A DNA stretch of 64,000 bases from Candidatus Staskawiczbacteria bacterium (GCA_023245155.1 JAHFKV010000001.1:11034-75033); one strand, 5' to 3'. Positions 13,158-23,561 are shown, counted from the stretch's first letter. Notes: generated by a model not told the origin, from the sequence alone. Numbers and translations: made by a program.

Positions 13158-13695
13158 CTATTTCAAAAGTAACATGAAAATTAATATCTTTAGATTTTAT
13201 CCAATTATCGGGCGGAAAATAAGCGCTGGTTATTTCTTTGGCAGCTTCAACACTAGTTTTAAATTGCAGCAGATTTTCCCGATTATCAGCAGAACCCGTC
13301 ACCGCAACGCTAATCCCCTTGTCACCAATATGCTGCATAGTGATGTCGTGAAAAAGCACCCCATCAGGCTTTGCAATACTTGAAATAACGGCCAAGGCTT
13401 GTGAAAAATATAGTTCTTTTTTATAAAACACATTAGCTTTGGCCAGAATCTGGTTACTGCTCTTGATGATGCTCTTGTACTGTAAAAAATCTTTGGTTTG
13501 GTATTGTTGCCTGGCATCATCCAACAAACTCTTTTGGTAAGAAACCTGCACCATAATGTAAAAATACAATGAAAGCAACAACAATACAAAGCACAGCAAG
13601 GAAATCAGCAATATAAAGCTCAATACCAAAACCAGCTTCCGGTTTTGTTCTTTTTCAAGCTTGATTTTTTCTTGTAACGGCAATAAATTGATCAT
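13141..13695 (-). CDS. pilN: PilN-like pilus assembly protein
   Basis: MINLLP start motif, TM, position after pilM. Confidence 0.65.
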   Translation of the reverse strand: MINLLPLQEKIKLEKEQNRKLVLVLSFILLISLLCFVLLLLSLYFYIMVQVSYQKSLLDDARQQYQTKDFLQYKSIIKSSNQILAKANVFYKKELYFSQALAVISSIAKPDGVLFHDITMQHIGDKGISVAVTGSADNRENLLQFKTSVEAAKEITSAYFPPDNWIKSKDINFHVTFEIDENPQ

Positions 13696-14798
13696 TGAAT
13701 AATACCATTAGCGTCCCGTAAGGCCAGCCCGAAAGCGGTTGAATAAGACAATGCTTTTTGATAAATAATGGGGCACTTTTCTCCCTTATTGCAGGGAATG
13801 ATATTTACAAAAGGGTCTCCCAATTCAACGGGGATTTTCAAGAATTCAAACAGAAATTCAGGCAAACCTTTTAAATTGGCTCCCCCGCCGCACAAAATAA
13901 CTTTTTCAATGCCGATATCTGAGGGAAAATAATCATGAGAAGCATGATCTTGGTAAAAACTGATATACTTTTTAATTTTGGTAGCGAAGTCAGTGAGCAA
14001 GGGTTCCACGGCCTTGGCGGCCTCTTTAGATTCTTTGGTTTTTTTATCTCCCAGGCCGGTTTTAATTTTTACATCCTCTGCTTTACTGGGGGTTATTTTT
14101 AGGGCTGTAGCGATGGCGGCGGTTAATTCTTTGGAAGAAAAAGGAACCGAAGTGGTAAACCGCATGGCGTTTCCTGAAAAAATAATGAAACTGGTATTAT
14201 CTTTCCCCAGGTCAATGATTGCCACCGGTTTTTCCGACTGGCTGTTTTTAATCAAGGCCCGGGCAATGGCTTGCGATTCAATTTCCATGACGCAGGGCTT
14301 CAATCCGGCCGCGGTAAAACAAGCCAGGTATGAATCAACAATATATTTGGGCATAACATTTACGAGCACATCCAGATGTTTACTGGTGTTAGCTTCCTCG
14401 CGAGGTGTTACCACTTCAAAATCTAAATAGACTTTATCGATGGGAAGCGGTATATAATTTTCCGCTTCAAACGGCACGGCTTTTTGCAGTTCTTTTTGAT
14501 TCATCTGCGGCATTTGGATGATTTGGGAAAATGATTTTTCTTCCGGCAATGAAACAATCACATAGTTGGTGCTGATTTTTTTACCCTGCACCCCCTTAAC
14601 CGCCGCGGTAATGATTTTTACCAATTCTTCCTGGTTCATAATCACTCCCTCTTTGATGATTCCGGGTTTTATAAGCACCTCATTATAAGAGCGCAAAAAG
14701 AAGTTGTGCTTTCGCTTTTCAAGCTTGACTACTTTCAACGAAGAGTCATTCAAATCAATCGCAAATATTTCAGGTTGTAGATTAAGAAATTTAAACAT
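13692..14798 (-). CDS. pilM: type IV pilus assembly protein PilM (actin-like ATPase fold)
   Basis: 368 aa; AIDLNDSSLKVV, IIDLGKDNTSF, ILCGGGANLKGL motifs. Confidence 0.85.
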   Translation of the reverse strand: MFKFLNLQPEIFAIDLNDSSLKVVKLEKRKHNFFLRSYNEVLIKPGIIKEGVIMNQEELVKIITAAVKGVQGKKISTNYVIVSLPEEKSFSQIIQMPQMNQKELQKAVPFEAENYIPLPIDKVYLDFEVVTPREEANTSKHLDVLVNVMPKYIVDSYLACFTAAGLKPCVMEIESQAIARALIKNSQSEKPVAIIDLGKDNTSFIIFSGNAMRFTTSVPFSSKELTAAIATALKITPSKAEDVKIKTGLGDKKTKESKEAAKAVEPLLTDFATKIKKYISFYQDHASHDYFPSDIGIEKVILCGGGANLKGLPEFLFEFLKIPVELGDPFVNIIPCNKGEKCPIIYQKALSYSTAFGLALRDANGIIQ

Positions 14799-14813
14799 TA
14801 CCTAAGTATACCA

Positions 14814-15086
14814 CTAAAAAAGTTTCTTTTTAAGCCAGCGCCAAAATAGGAAAACCGCAACCATAACAATAATGCCAATCATAACCGGCAACAGGTAATG
14901 GTTGGTATTGGCTGGCAAAATTGAGGGGGTTGACCCTGTTGTGGCGGGAGCGCTTGGAACTTCTTGGGTTCCCAAAAAGGGTACTGCCTTACTGCCATCA
15001 TAATTAACACTACCGGAAATGTTGGGTGAGGTACCCCCGGGCATAGGCTGCAACGATTTTTGATTGGGAAAATCAGCTCTTTTCAT
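14814..15086 (-). CDS. small Pro/Ser/Thr-rich protein with C-terminal LPANT + TM + basic tail
   Basis: ILPANTNHYLLPVMIGIIVMVAVFLFWRWLKKKLF resembles a sorting signal. Confidence 0.45.
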   Translation of the reverse strand: MKRADFPNQKSLQPMPGGTSPNISGSVNYDGSKAVPFLGTQEVPSAPATTGSTPSILPANTNHYLLPVMIGIIVMVAVFLFWRWLKKKLF

Positions 15087-15088
15087 AG

Positions 15089-16480
15089 TTAGTTACTTAT
15101 CCAACTTAATGGTTGATAATCGGACGAAGAAAATGGGAAACTGGGCGGTGGCCCGTATAATAAATTACTGTCGTAATTATCAACGGTGTTGGGATAACCT
15201 GAAACAATCTGGTTTGACCCGTTCACCCATGACCAGGTCCATTGGGCAAACGTCATAATGGCCCCATAAATGGTAATCGTATTTTTTATAAAGTTAGGGT
15301 AATAAAAGAATTGAGCACCCCCGTTTTGGGAAATCAGTGCCGCGTCAATTTCTATGTTGTTGGGCGCGTGATAGGTTACCACAATATCTTTCTGGGCAAT
15401 TAGTCCCAACACATGGGAACCATCTTTGCTCGCATACACAATATTATTGGGAATATAAACAGTGGGGGCCGTTGAAGCATTGTAGGGAAGTTTGGCAGCC
15501 ACCACATTTACCCTGCCGTTAACGGTGCCTTCCACCCAGGTTTTATCTTCAACGTATATAATACCGTTGGCGGGAATAGCCTGGGTAAATTGCAGAGTTC
15601 TGGTATTGTAATCAATATATTCATTGTGTGCTGCACCAGTGGTATCCCAACCAGTGGGATTAGACAAGAGGCTGTTTATTTTATACACGCTCACAGTTCC
15701 GGCAACGTTAAACACCAACGAATATCCTTGGGCGTTGGAAGGCGGCAGGTAAATTCCTCCTGATTGGGCACTGGCTTTCATGGATGCCAAATTGGAAGTT
15801 AAGGCAGAAAAATCCACAGCTGGCACCGGGAATTGCCAAAAGGCTTGCACCGCCTGGCTGGCCGACCCCCAAACTCCATTTTTGGTTTGACCGCCGCTTG
15901 AACACCCCTGACCCGCATAACAGGTGTAGGTGGATTTTGCCGACTGGATGGGTGCGTTACCTGAACCGTCAAACCGGATACCGTTATTGGAATCCAATTG
16001 CCCACTAACTGATTCAGTATCCCCGATCCACACAATATCATTGCTCAAGAAAGCATATTTCGCCAAGGAAGGAATGCCGTATTTTGCGGTGATGACACGT
16101 GTCACGCTGGGGTTTTTTAAAGTCCAACCGGTTGACTGAATAGTGACAATAGTAGAACCTACAGTGGGTTGGGTAATTACCAAACTGAATTTCCCAATTT
16201 TAGTTTGAGTGTCAAAATCAGTATAGTCATGCACATAAGGGCCATTCTGATTGGTTCCATCTTTATAATCGCTTGGATAATGTGCCAAATGCCACTGATA
16301 GTAATTAATTCCAGCCTCGGCAATTTGCAAAGCCTGTTCGCGGTCAGCGGAAGACCTTAGCAGCTGCATTTTTTTTGCCACCACGTCAATGATGGGCAGC
16401 ATTAATATGGAGAACACAAAAATAATGATGATGAGATAGAGCAACATTGCCCCGGTTTGTTTTTTACGGTTTTTTGGCAT
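15089..16480 (-). CDS. large PilX-N-like minor pilin / pilus tip protein
   Basis: KQTGAMLLYLIIIIF hydrophobic N-terminus then SSADREQALQIAEAG; ATG at 16480 (the track start at 16492 is TTG). Confidence 0.6.
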   Translation of the reverse strand: MPKNRKKQTGAMLLYLIIIIFVFSILMLPIIDVVAKKMQLLRSSADREQALQIAEAGINYYQWHLAHYPSDYKDGTNQNGPYVHDYTDFDTQTKIGKFSLVITQPTVGSTIVTIQSTGWTLKNPSVTRVITAKYGIPSLAKYAFLSNDIVWIGDTESVSGQLDSNNGIRFDGSGNAPIQSAKSTYTCYAGQGCSSGGQTKNGVWGSASQAVQAFWQFPVPAVDFSALTSNLASMKASAQSGGIYLPPSNAQGYSLVFNVAGTVSVYKINSLLSNPTGWDTTGAAHNEYIDYNTRTLQFTQAIPANGIIYVEDKTWVEGTVNGRVNVVAAKLPYNASTAPTVYIPNNIVYASKDGSHVLGLIAQKDIVVTYHAPNNIEIDAALISQNGGAQFFYYPNFIKNTITIYGAIMTFAQWTWSWVNGSNQIVSGYPNTVDNYDSNLLYGPPPSFPFSSSDYQPLSWISN

Positions 16481-16481
16481 A

Positions 16482-17093
16482 CTAATTTCCAAGATTGTTT
16501 TTTAAATTCCTAATTGTTGCTCCCGCCGAAATGGAAAATACCGTATTCACGTTTTCTTTCACCCTGGTTAATACCATTAAGTTCATTTTAACGAATTTTA
16601 CGGAATTAATATTGACGGGCTGGACCAAGGCACTTCCCGAACCCGCATAGCTTCCATCATAGTAGGTAAATATCGGCGTAACCCCGTTGGAAATATCGCG
16701 CTGGACAATAATGTTTGATTCTTGGGCTAGATTATAATTAGGCGGGTTTCCGCTGGGCACGGTTACGCCCTTATACAACGTGGTTCCCACCAAATAATAG
16801 CGCACCCGATTGACCGTAGCCCCGCCCAAGGACGACTTTGAGAAAAAAATAATCTGGTTGGTGGAAGCGGTGTTTAATGGTGCCGAGCCCTCAACCCCGG
16901 TGGTAGCGTTACGTATTTCATTGGTAAATTGGTTGGTTACCAGCCTAGCCTGGTCAACATTGCTTAACGCTGAAAATTGCTGGTTAGAACCCGTAAAAAT
17001 GTTAACAAACAAAAGTGCCGCCATAACGGAGAGGACGCTGAAAATACTGACTGCAACCAATAACTCTAGAATGGTGAAACCTTTTTCTTGCAT
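16482..17093 (-). CDS. prepilin-type N-terminal cleavage/methylation domain protein (pseudopilin)
   Basis: MQEKG|FTILELLVAVSIF class III signal. Confidence 0.85.
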   Translation of the reverse strand: MQEKGFTILELLVAVSIFSVLSVMAALLFVNIFTGSNQQFSALSNVDQARLVTNQFTNEIRNATTGVEGSAPLNTASTNQIIFFSKSSLGGATVNRVRYYLVGTTLYKGVTVPSGNPPNYNLAQESNIIVQRDISNGVTPIFTYYDGSYAGSGSALVQPVNINSVKFVKMNLMVLTRVKENVNTVFSISAGATIRNLKNNLGN

Positions 17094-17094
17094 G

Positions 17095-18870
17095 TTATGG
17101 ACTTAATGCGACATTTAATACGTTATAGCCATTAACCGTGAGGCCGCTGATAGTTTGGGTCTGGTAGCCGGTTGCAGAAATCGTGGCACTATAATTTGAT
17201 CCTTGCGACAGTCCCGCAAACATGGCCTGGCCGGGTGCCGGACATCCTGAAACATAATTCACATTGACACTGGTAAGAGCTGGGGTTTTAGAACTGTCAG
17301 TCGTTGATAAAAAAGCTTTATAGCGCACATAGCGCTTCCCATTAAGGGCTGCGGAAATGGATGTGCCCGTAATCGTGTAATAAGAATTTTGGGTTCCGTC
17401 CGGGCCGAAATAATTCCAACTGGTGTTATCATTATTGGCTGCCAATTGGAATTTCACTACGGTCCCCGCGCTTTGCGAAGCCGGCTGCCACTCTAAACTA
17501 GTGTAAGCGGTCGTCGATGTGCCCGTATCAAATGAAGAAGATTCCAACTGCCCCGAATTGGCGTATTCCCCCCCGAATTGCGCCAAGCGCAAAGCCAAGG
17601 GAATGGTATTAGCGTCAACATTTCCATCATCGACAAAATATTTCTTGGTATTGGTAAAATTAACCTGGCCAGAACCCAAAGACCAATCCTGTTGGCTCCA
17701 AACACTGCCTTCAGTTAGTTTGGTACCGCTATAGGAAGGACTGGCGCTTTGTAAAGTAACGCTGGCTCCCTCAATGGGATTCTGAGTAGCGGCATCTTTG
17801 ACAATCGTTAACAGGCTATTAGCGGTTTTAGCACCCAAGATAACATTAAAATTCTGAGTGGTATTAGGCAGCACATTGATTTGCTGAATGGGCGAAGTGC
17901 CGTAAATCATGTAGGAATTGCTAATCAGAGCGGGTGTATAAGTATCCCATTCAACGTTTTGCAGGGCCACCTGGCCACTGCCGTCTGAAGTGTAGGTATT
18001 ATCAAATTTCAACACGCTGGGTAGGCCAATCAGTTTTGCGCCCTGGACTTCCATAGTAACCCCGCCAATGCCCGCGCAAATGTTATCTTGAGTGACAAAG
18101 GTGAGGTTGCTGGTTTTATCAATGGAAAAACTGATTTGGGTGACCTGGCCATTGGAAATAGTACTGTCGGGTTTTACCGGATTCGGATTCTGCTGGGTGA
18201 CAGGATAGGTTTGATCGCTGGAATACCCGTTTTTGGTAACGGTAATGTGGTAACTGTTAGCGCTATTGGGTAAACCCACCTCCACCCAATTGCCATTGAT
18301 ATCAGAAAGCCGGTTTAAATCAAGGGAAGGGTTGATGCTTAGGTTCTGAATGCGAATTGAAGCCCCTGAAACCGGCTGACCCACCGCGTCAAACACTTTT
18401 ATCATGAATGCCCCACCCGAAGCCAAACCCTCCAAACCCTTTGGCACGATGCTTGTAAAAAAAGAGTTGACTGCCTGGGTGCGAGTGTTTTTAATGGAAA
18501 GCTTAACTTGTTTATAGTCGTCGGGAGCAGCATCGGTGCCTTGTAAAATAGTACCATCGGCAGTGTCATCAATGTAAGTTACTTCGTAATATATATTATA
18601 AGTAACACCGCTGACACTAACTACAATCGGGTTATCGCCGTCAGCCAAGCTGCCATGAGGGTTGCCGCTCAGCGTTCCAATTTGAGAATAGGGTAAATTC
18701 CTGGCCACTTCCATGTACTGGTCGGCCAATGAAGTAATCGTGGTTTGTTCTCGGTAAGCGATAATCTGGCTGACAATCAAAAAATAAATCTGGGCGGCGA
18801 TAACAGCCATAGTTAAAAAAATCCCCACGCTCACCACAATTTCAACAATGGTAAAACCTTTTTGCTCCAT
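17095..18870 (-). CDS. giant pseudopilin (591 aa) with prepilin signal and beta-sandwich repeats
   Basis: MEQKG|FTIVEIVVSVGIF class III signal; repeated carboxypeptidase-regulatory-like segments (GQPVSGASIRIQN, NPIEGASVTLQS). Confidence 0.8.
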   Translation of the reverse strand: MEQKGFTIVEIVVSVGIFLTMAVIAAQIYFLIVSQIIAYREQTTITSLADQYMEVARNLPYSQIGTLSGNPHGSLADGDNPIVVSVSGVTYNIYYEVTYIDDTADGTILQGTDAAPDDYKQVKLSIKNTRTQAVNSFFTSIVPKGLEGLASGGAFMIKVFDAVGQPVSGASIRIQNLSINPSLDLNRLSDINGNWVEVGLPNSANSYHITVTKNGYSSDQTYPVTQQNPNPVKPDSTISNGQVTQISFSIDKTSNLTFVTQDNICAGIGGVTMEVQGAKLIGLPSVLKFDNTYTSDGSGQVALQNVEWDTYTPALISNSYMIYGTSPIQQINVLPNTTQNFNVILGAKTANSLLTIVKDAATQNPIEGASVTLQSASPSYSGTKLTEGSVWSQQDWSLGSGQVNFTNTKKYFVDDGNVDANTIPLALRLAQFGGEYANSGQLESSSFDTGTSTTAYTSLEWQPASQSAGTVVKFQLAANNDNTSWNYFGPDGTQNSYYTITGTSISAALNGKRYVRYKAFLSTTDSSKTPALTSVNVNYVSGCPAPGQAMFAGLSQGSNYSATISATGYQTQTISGLTVNGYNVLNVALSP

Positions 18871-18873
18871 AAA

Positions 18874-20097
18874 CTAACTTCCGATAAACTTTAATGATGA
18901 ATACATCGGCTGGATAATGGAAAAGGCGAAGAATCCCACCGAAACCCCCAAAAAGATAATCAATATCGGTTCAATTAAAATGGCCAATTTTTCCACGGCG
19001 GCCGATGCTTCTTGTTCGTAAAAATCCGCCAGTTTTTTTAAAATGACGGCAGTTTTCCCCGTTTCCTCACCCACTTCAATCATTTCAATTACCCCATAAG
19101 GGAACAGATTCTGGTTTTCCCGCAGGGCAGCGGATAATTTGTCTCCCTTTTTAATTTTTGCGCTGGCGGCAATCAGCGCATTGGCAAAATATTGGTTGCT
19201 GACCGTTTTTGCAGAAATTTCCAATGACCGGATTAATGGCACCCCCGAAGCAATCAGGGAAGACAGTGACCTAATCAAAAACGCAGAATTGCTTTTTTTG
19301 GTAATTTGGGAAAGAACCGGGAAGCGCAGTAAAAAAGTGTCTAAAACCCATTTACCCTTTTTAGTTTTAAGAGCCATGTAAACAATCCCCGCCAAAGCGG
19401 CTGGCCCTACCAGCAATAGCCACCAGTTTTTTGATAAAAAGTTCCCTCCCACCAGCACGATTTTAGTATAAATGGGAATGGGCACATTCAAGGAAGTAAA
19501 AAACGTATTCAAGCTGGGCAAAACCACGGTAATAATCACCACACCCACCACCAGCATTACCATCATGATAATGGCCGGGTAGGTCATGGCATTTTTGATT
19601 TTTGATTTTAATTCATGCTCTTTGCCCAGCTGAAGGGATAGGATTTGGAAAATCTCGTCTAGGGTTCCCGATTCCTCTCCTACTTTAATCATGTTCACAA
19701 ACAGTTCGTTGAAAATATGAGGGTAATGGGCCAAGCCATCGGAAAGATTTTCCCCCTTGCTGACTTTTTCTTTAATGTCAATCAGGGCGGCTTGTAATTT
19801 TTTATTTTTAGTCTGGCCGGATAAAATTTCGAAGATTTTCACCATGGAAAGCCCGGTAGAAAACATCACGCCCAGGTTCCGAGTCATCATGATTTTTTCC
19901 GTACTAGAAACGCCGCTTAAAAACGGCAGGGAAATTTCCCGGTTAAACCCCTTTTTACGTCCTTCTGCGGCCGCATCAATCAAAATCAATCCTTGGGCTT
20001 TTAGGGTTTGAGCCAGCTCGCGTTCGTTAACGGCCTGCATGGTACCGCTACTATCGGCACCTTCAAAAGACCTGGCTTTGTAACGATAATTTGGCAT
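18874..20097 (-). CDS. pilC: type IV pilus platform protein PilC (GspF family)
   Basis: 407 aa, duplicated T2SSF domain, 3 TM. Confidence 0.9.
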   Translation of the reverse strand: MPNYRYKARSFEGADSSGTMQAVNERELAQTLKAQGLILIDAAAEGRKKGFNREISLPFLSGVSSTEKIMMTRNLGVMFSTGLSMVKIFEILSGQTKNKKLQAALIDIKEKVSKGENLSDGLAHYPHIFNELFVNMIKVGEESGTLDEIFQILSLQLGKEHELKSKIKNAMTYPAIIMMVMLVVGVVIITVVLPSLNTFFTSLNVPIPIYTKIVLVGGNFLSKNWWLLLVGPAALAGIVYMALKTKKGKWVLDTFLLRFPVLSQITKKSNSAFLIRSLSSLIASGVPLIRSLEISAKTVSNQYFANALIAASAKIKKGDKLSAALRENQNLFPYGVIEMIEVGEETGKTAVILKKLADFYEQEASAAVEKLAILIEPILIIFLGVSVGFFAFSIIQPMYSSLKFIGS

Positions 20098-20102
20098 AAA
20101 AA

Positions 20103-21827
20103 TTACTCTATAATAACTCTGAGCACCTCTTCAATGGAGGTTAATCCCATGGCGGCTTTGACCAGCCCGTCTTCAAACATAGTGCGCATGCCTTGGGTAA
20201 TTGCTGAATCGGTGATATCTTTGGTGGAAGCTTTTTTAACAATCAATTCTTTAATGGCCTGGGTAACTGGCAGCACTTCATAAATTCCCATTCGGCCCTT
20301 ATAACCGGTAGCAGAACCTTTGCTTGGCTTAGGACGGAAAAAATCAATGTCTAAAAAGGTTTGCTTGGCCTTCAAGATTTTTTCAGCGCGTAAAATTTCC
20401 AAAATCCGTTCCATGTTGCAGTGTATGGCCAGGTTATCTGCATCGGCTTTTTTTAATTTATACTTTTCTTTTTCACCGGCGAATTTACGCACCAAACGCT
20501 GGGCAATGATTACGTTTAACGTGGAAGAAATCAAAAAGGGTTCTACATCCATATCAATCAATCTCGGAATGGTTCCAGCCGCTTCGGTGGTGTGAATGGT
20601 GCTCAAAACCAAGTGGCCGGTTAAGGCCGCGTTAATGGCCAGGGAAGCGGTTTCATTGTCGCGGATTTCCCCCACCATGATAATGTTGGGATCTTGCCGA
20701 ACCAACGCTCGCAGCCCCGCCGCAAAGGTAAGGCCGATGGCCGAATTAGTCTGGGTTTGATTCACCCGCGGCATGCGGTATTCAATCGGATCTTCCACGG
20801 TGGAAATGTTCACATCGGGCGTGTTCAAAATGTCCATCATGGAATACAAGGTGGTGGTTTTACCCGAGCCCGTGGGCCCGGTGATTAATATCATGCCGGT
20901 GGGCCGCACCAAATTCTGCTTGATAATTTCCAAAGCTTTTCCCGAAAAACCCAATCCTTCCAAAGACACTGCTTTGGTGCCTTCAGCCAATAATCGCATT
21001 ACGATTTTCTCACCGGTAAACACCGGCAGGACCGAAACCCTCACCGAATATTTATAGTCATCTGTTTCAATTTTAAAGCGGCCATCCTGGGGCAAGCGGT
21101 GTTCGTCTAATTTTAAATTACTGAGTACTTTGATGCGGGCCACAATACCCATTGCACTGGTGGCAGGCAAAACCATCATATCATGCAAAATACCATCAAT
21201 CCGGAAACGCACCACCACATCTTTTTCCATGGGTTCAATGTGGACATCGGAAGCATTTTGTAGAATGGCATGCTTCATTAAGGTGTCCACAATTTTAACA
21301 ATAGGGAGTTCCTGGGCAGCCTTGGCCAAATCTTCGATTTTTCCAGAAACTTGTTTGGCGGTTTGCATGATATCACCAAATTCGACATCCAAAGTTTCCT
21401 GGTACTGGCGCAAAGCATTTTTAATGCCTTCGGGCGTGGTTAGCCTGGGCAAAATTTTAAGCAGCGGATCGGTTTTTTTAATGAATTCAATGGTGTTTAA
21501 ATCTTCAGGATCAAGCATGGCCACCTCCAAATTATTTTCCCGCTTGCGAAAAGCAATAATGTTGTGAGACCGAGCAATCTGCTGGGGAATAATGTTTAAA
21601 ATGTCAGGGGTAATGGTTTCTTTTTCAATGTTCACAAACGGCACACCTAGCAAATAGGCTTCGAATTTAGTGAGCTTTTCGCGGTCAATCAAACCATCGG
21701 CCACCAGCACATCGCTGATTTTTTTATGGACTTGGACAGACTTTTTAAAAGCCGCATCAAAATCAGCTTCTTTAATAAGCTCAGCATCTAACAAAAACTT
21801 CTTAAGCCGTTCTGGCTCAATATTCAT
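20103..21827 (-). CDS. pilB: type IV pilus assembly ATPase PilB (GspE family)
   Basis: GPTGSGKTTTLY Walker A, MVGEIRD, tetracysteine-less C-terminus. Confidence 0.93.
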   Translation of the reverse strand: MNIEPERLKKFLLDAELIKEADFDAAFKKSVQVHKKISDVLVADGLIDREKLTKFEAYLLGVPFVNIEKETITPDILNIIPQQIARSHNIIAFRKRENNLEVAMLDPEDLNTIEFIKKTDPLLKILPRLTTPEGIKNALRQYQETLDVEFGDIMQTAKQVSGKIEDLAKAAQELPIVKIVDTLMKHAILQNASDVHIEPMEKDVVVRFRIDGILHDMMVLPATSAMGIVARIKVLSNLKLDEHRLPQDGRFKIETDDYKYSVRVSVLPVFTGEKIVMRLLAEGTKAVSLEGLGFSGKALEIIKQNLVRPTGMILITGPTGSGKTTTLYSMMDILNTPDVNISTVEDPIEYRMPRVNQTQTNSAIGLTFAAGLRALVRQDPNIIMVGEIRDNETASLAINAALTGHLVLSTIHTTEAAGTIPRLIDMDVEPFLISSTLNVIIAQRLVRKFAGEKEKYKLKKADADNLAIHCNMERILEILRAEKILKAKQTFLDIDFFRPKPSKGSATGYKGRMGIYEVLPVTQAIKELIVKKASTKDITDSAITQGMRTMFEDGLVKAAMGLTSIEEVLRVIIE

Positions 21828-21896
21828 GTTGTTTCATTTTACCACATACAAAAAAGCCGTGCTGTGGATATATCCACAGCACGGCTTTTCAATCCA

Positions 21897-23561
21897 CTAT
21901 CCCAAAGGCAATTCAATATAAAACTGGGAACCCTTGCCTTCTCCTTCCGACTCCGCCCAAAGCTTGCCATTATGAGATTTGATAATTTGATACGATAAAT
22001 ACAGTCCCACCCCACTGCCCGTGATATTTTTGGCATTGGTTCCGCGTTCAAACATTTTTGTAAACAAATTTTTCAAGTGGTCTTGGGCAATGCCAATGCC
22101 CGTGTCTGAAACAACAATTTTTACCGAATCATGATTCTTAAATTTCACATCAACTCCGCCTTTCATAGTGTATTTGATGGAATTATCAATCACGTTAAAT
22201 ATGGCAGCCTTCAGTTTTTGCGGGTCAGCCTTAATCTTAAACACCTGTTGGGGCTTTTCTAAAGTCAGGGTAATTTTTTTGTCCTCGGCTTTAAATTTCA
22301 ATTCATTAACTACTTCTTCAACCAGCGGCAGTAATTCAACATCGGGTTTTAATGAAACAACATCTTTTCCCAGCTGGAAAGCGGAGGCATCCAAAAAGTC
22401 ATTCACCATTTTTATCATACCCTTGCCCAACATCTGGAATTTCTGGATTACTTCAACCGTTTTTTTATTTTGCTTGCCATAGGTGCCATTCAAGATTAAG
22501 TCAGAATATCCCATAATGCTAGTCAGCGGTGTGCGCAAATTGTGCTGAGTGGTCATCAAAAATTGGTCTTTGACTTTGTCCAGTTGTTCCAATTCTGTAT
22601 TAGCTTTCTTCTCAATGGCATAAGCTCTCCGCACATCTTCAGCCATTTTAGTAATCTGTTGCTTTTGTTCAATTTCCCGTTTAACAGAACGGATTAATAT
22701 CCAGCCGAATATGACAGAAAGCAGCGTGGTTAAACCATTCAACAGTTCGTTTACGGGATTTTGAATAAATGCGAATTGGGCAGCAACAATAGCCACTAAT
22801 CCCATCACCAATATCTGAGCAGTAAACACTTTCATATTAAATTCCCCGTACGCCACCACCAACCTGGCCAAAGCCACAATGAAAATACCGATAGCCAAGA
22901 GGCCATAAATTTCCAGGGTGTAATTTTCCGTGAAACTGGCAATAATCCCCGACAACAAAAAGGCGAACACAAAACTCAGCATGCCAACTGCCAGCACTAA
23001 AATCTTTTTCCGGGATACCGTGTCTGATTTAATAAAAGCCCTTACCACCAGGCCAAGCATTAAAAGCGACATGAACACTTTCAAGCCGAACACATAATTG
23101 GCCAGTGCCTGGCCTTCGGTGGCAATGCATTCTTGGGCATTAAAACCGGTCAAGTTGAACGTAGTTGAAGACAATATGACAATGGGCACAAACAAAGCGA
23201 CAACCCCAATCTTTATATAAAAAGAAACATCATTTTTATAAATATAGATGTACATAAAATACAAGGAAAGGATAAACAGCAGCAAGCTGAACATTTCAAT
23301 AATTGACCAGGAAAACATGACAATAGTACTGTTGCTGTAATAAACCCAAATGGAAAGATCCAGCGCCGTCCAAATGGAAAAACAAATGGCAATATAGAGT
23401 AGAATTTGGGCTAAAATAAGCTTGCGGTTTTTCATGTGAATTAACAAAGCCACCACAAGCATCACCAAGGCAGTGGGAATGTGCGAATAAAAAACCGCGC
23501 CGGAAACCGCGTCCACCACGCTTTTACAATACGTTATATTAGTAACAATATTATCGATCAT
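21897..23561 (-). CDS. sensor histidine kinase with ~8-9 TM N-terminal sensor
   Basis: HNLRTPLTSI H-box, DNSIKYT, DTGIGI, GSGVGL ATPase boxes. Confidence 0.9.
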   Translation of the reverse strand: MIDNIVTNITYCKSVVDAVSGAVFYSHIPTALVMLVVALLIHMKNRKLILAQILLYIAICFSIWTALDLSIWVYYSNSTIVMFSWSIIEMFSLLLFILSLYFMYIYIYKNDVSFYIKIGVVALFVPIVILSSTTFNLTGFNAQECIATEGQALANYVFGLKVFMSLLMLGLVVRAFIKSDTVSRKKILVLAVGMLSFVFAFLLSGIIASFTENYTLEIYGLLAIGIFIVALARLVVAYGEFNMKVFTAQILVMGLVAIVAAQFAFIQNPVNELLNGLTTLLSVIFGWILIRSVKREIEQKQQITKMAEDVRRAYAIEKKANTELEQLDKVKDQFLMTTQHNLRTPLTSIMGYSDLILNGTYGKQNKKTVEVIQKFQMLGKGMIKMVNDFLDASAFQLGKDVVSLKPDVELLPLVEEVVNELKFKAEDKKITLTLEKPQQVFKIKADPQKLKAAIFNVIDNSIKYTMKGGVDVKFKNHDSVKIVVSDTGIGIAQDHLKNLFTKMFERGTNAKNITGSGVGLYLSYQIIKSHNGKLWAESEGEGKGSQFYIELPLG

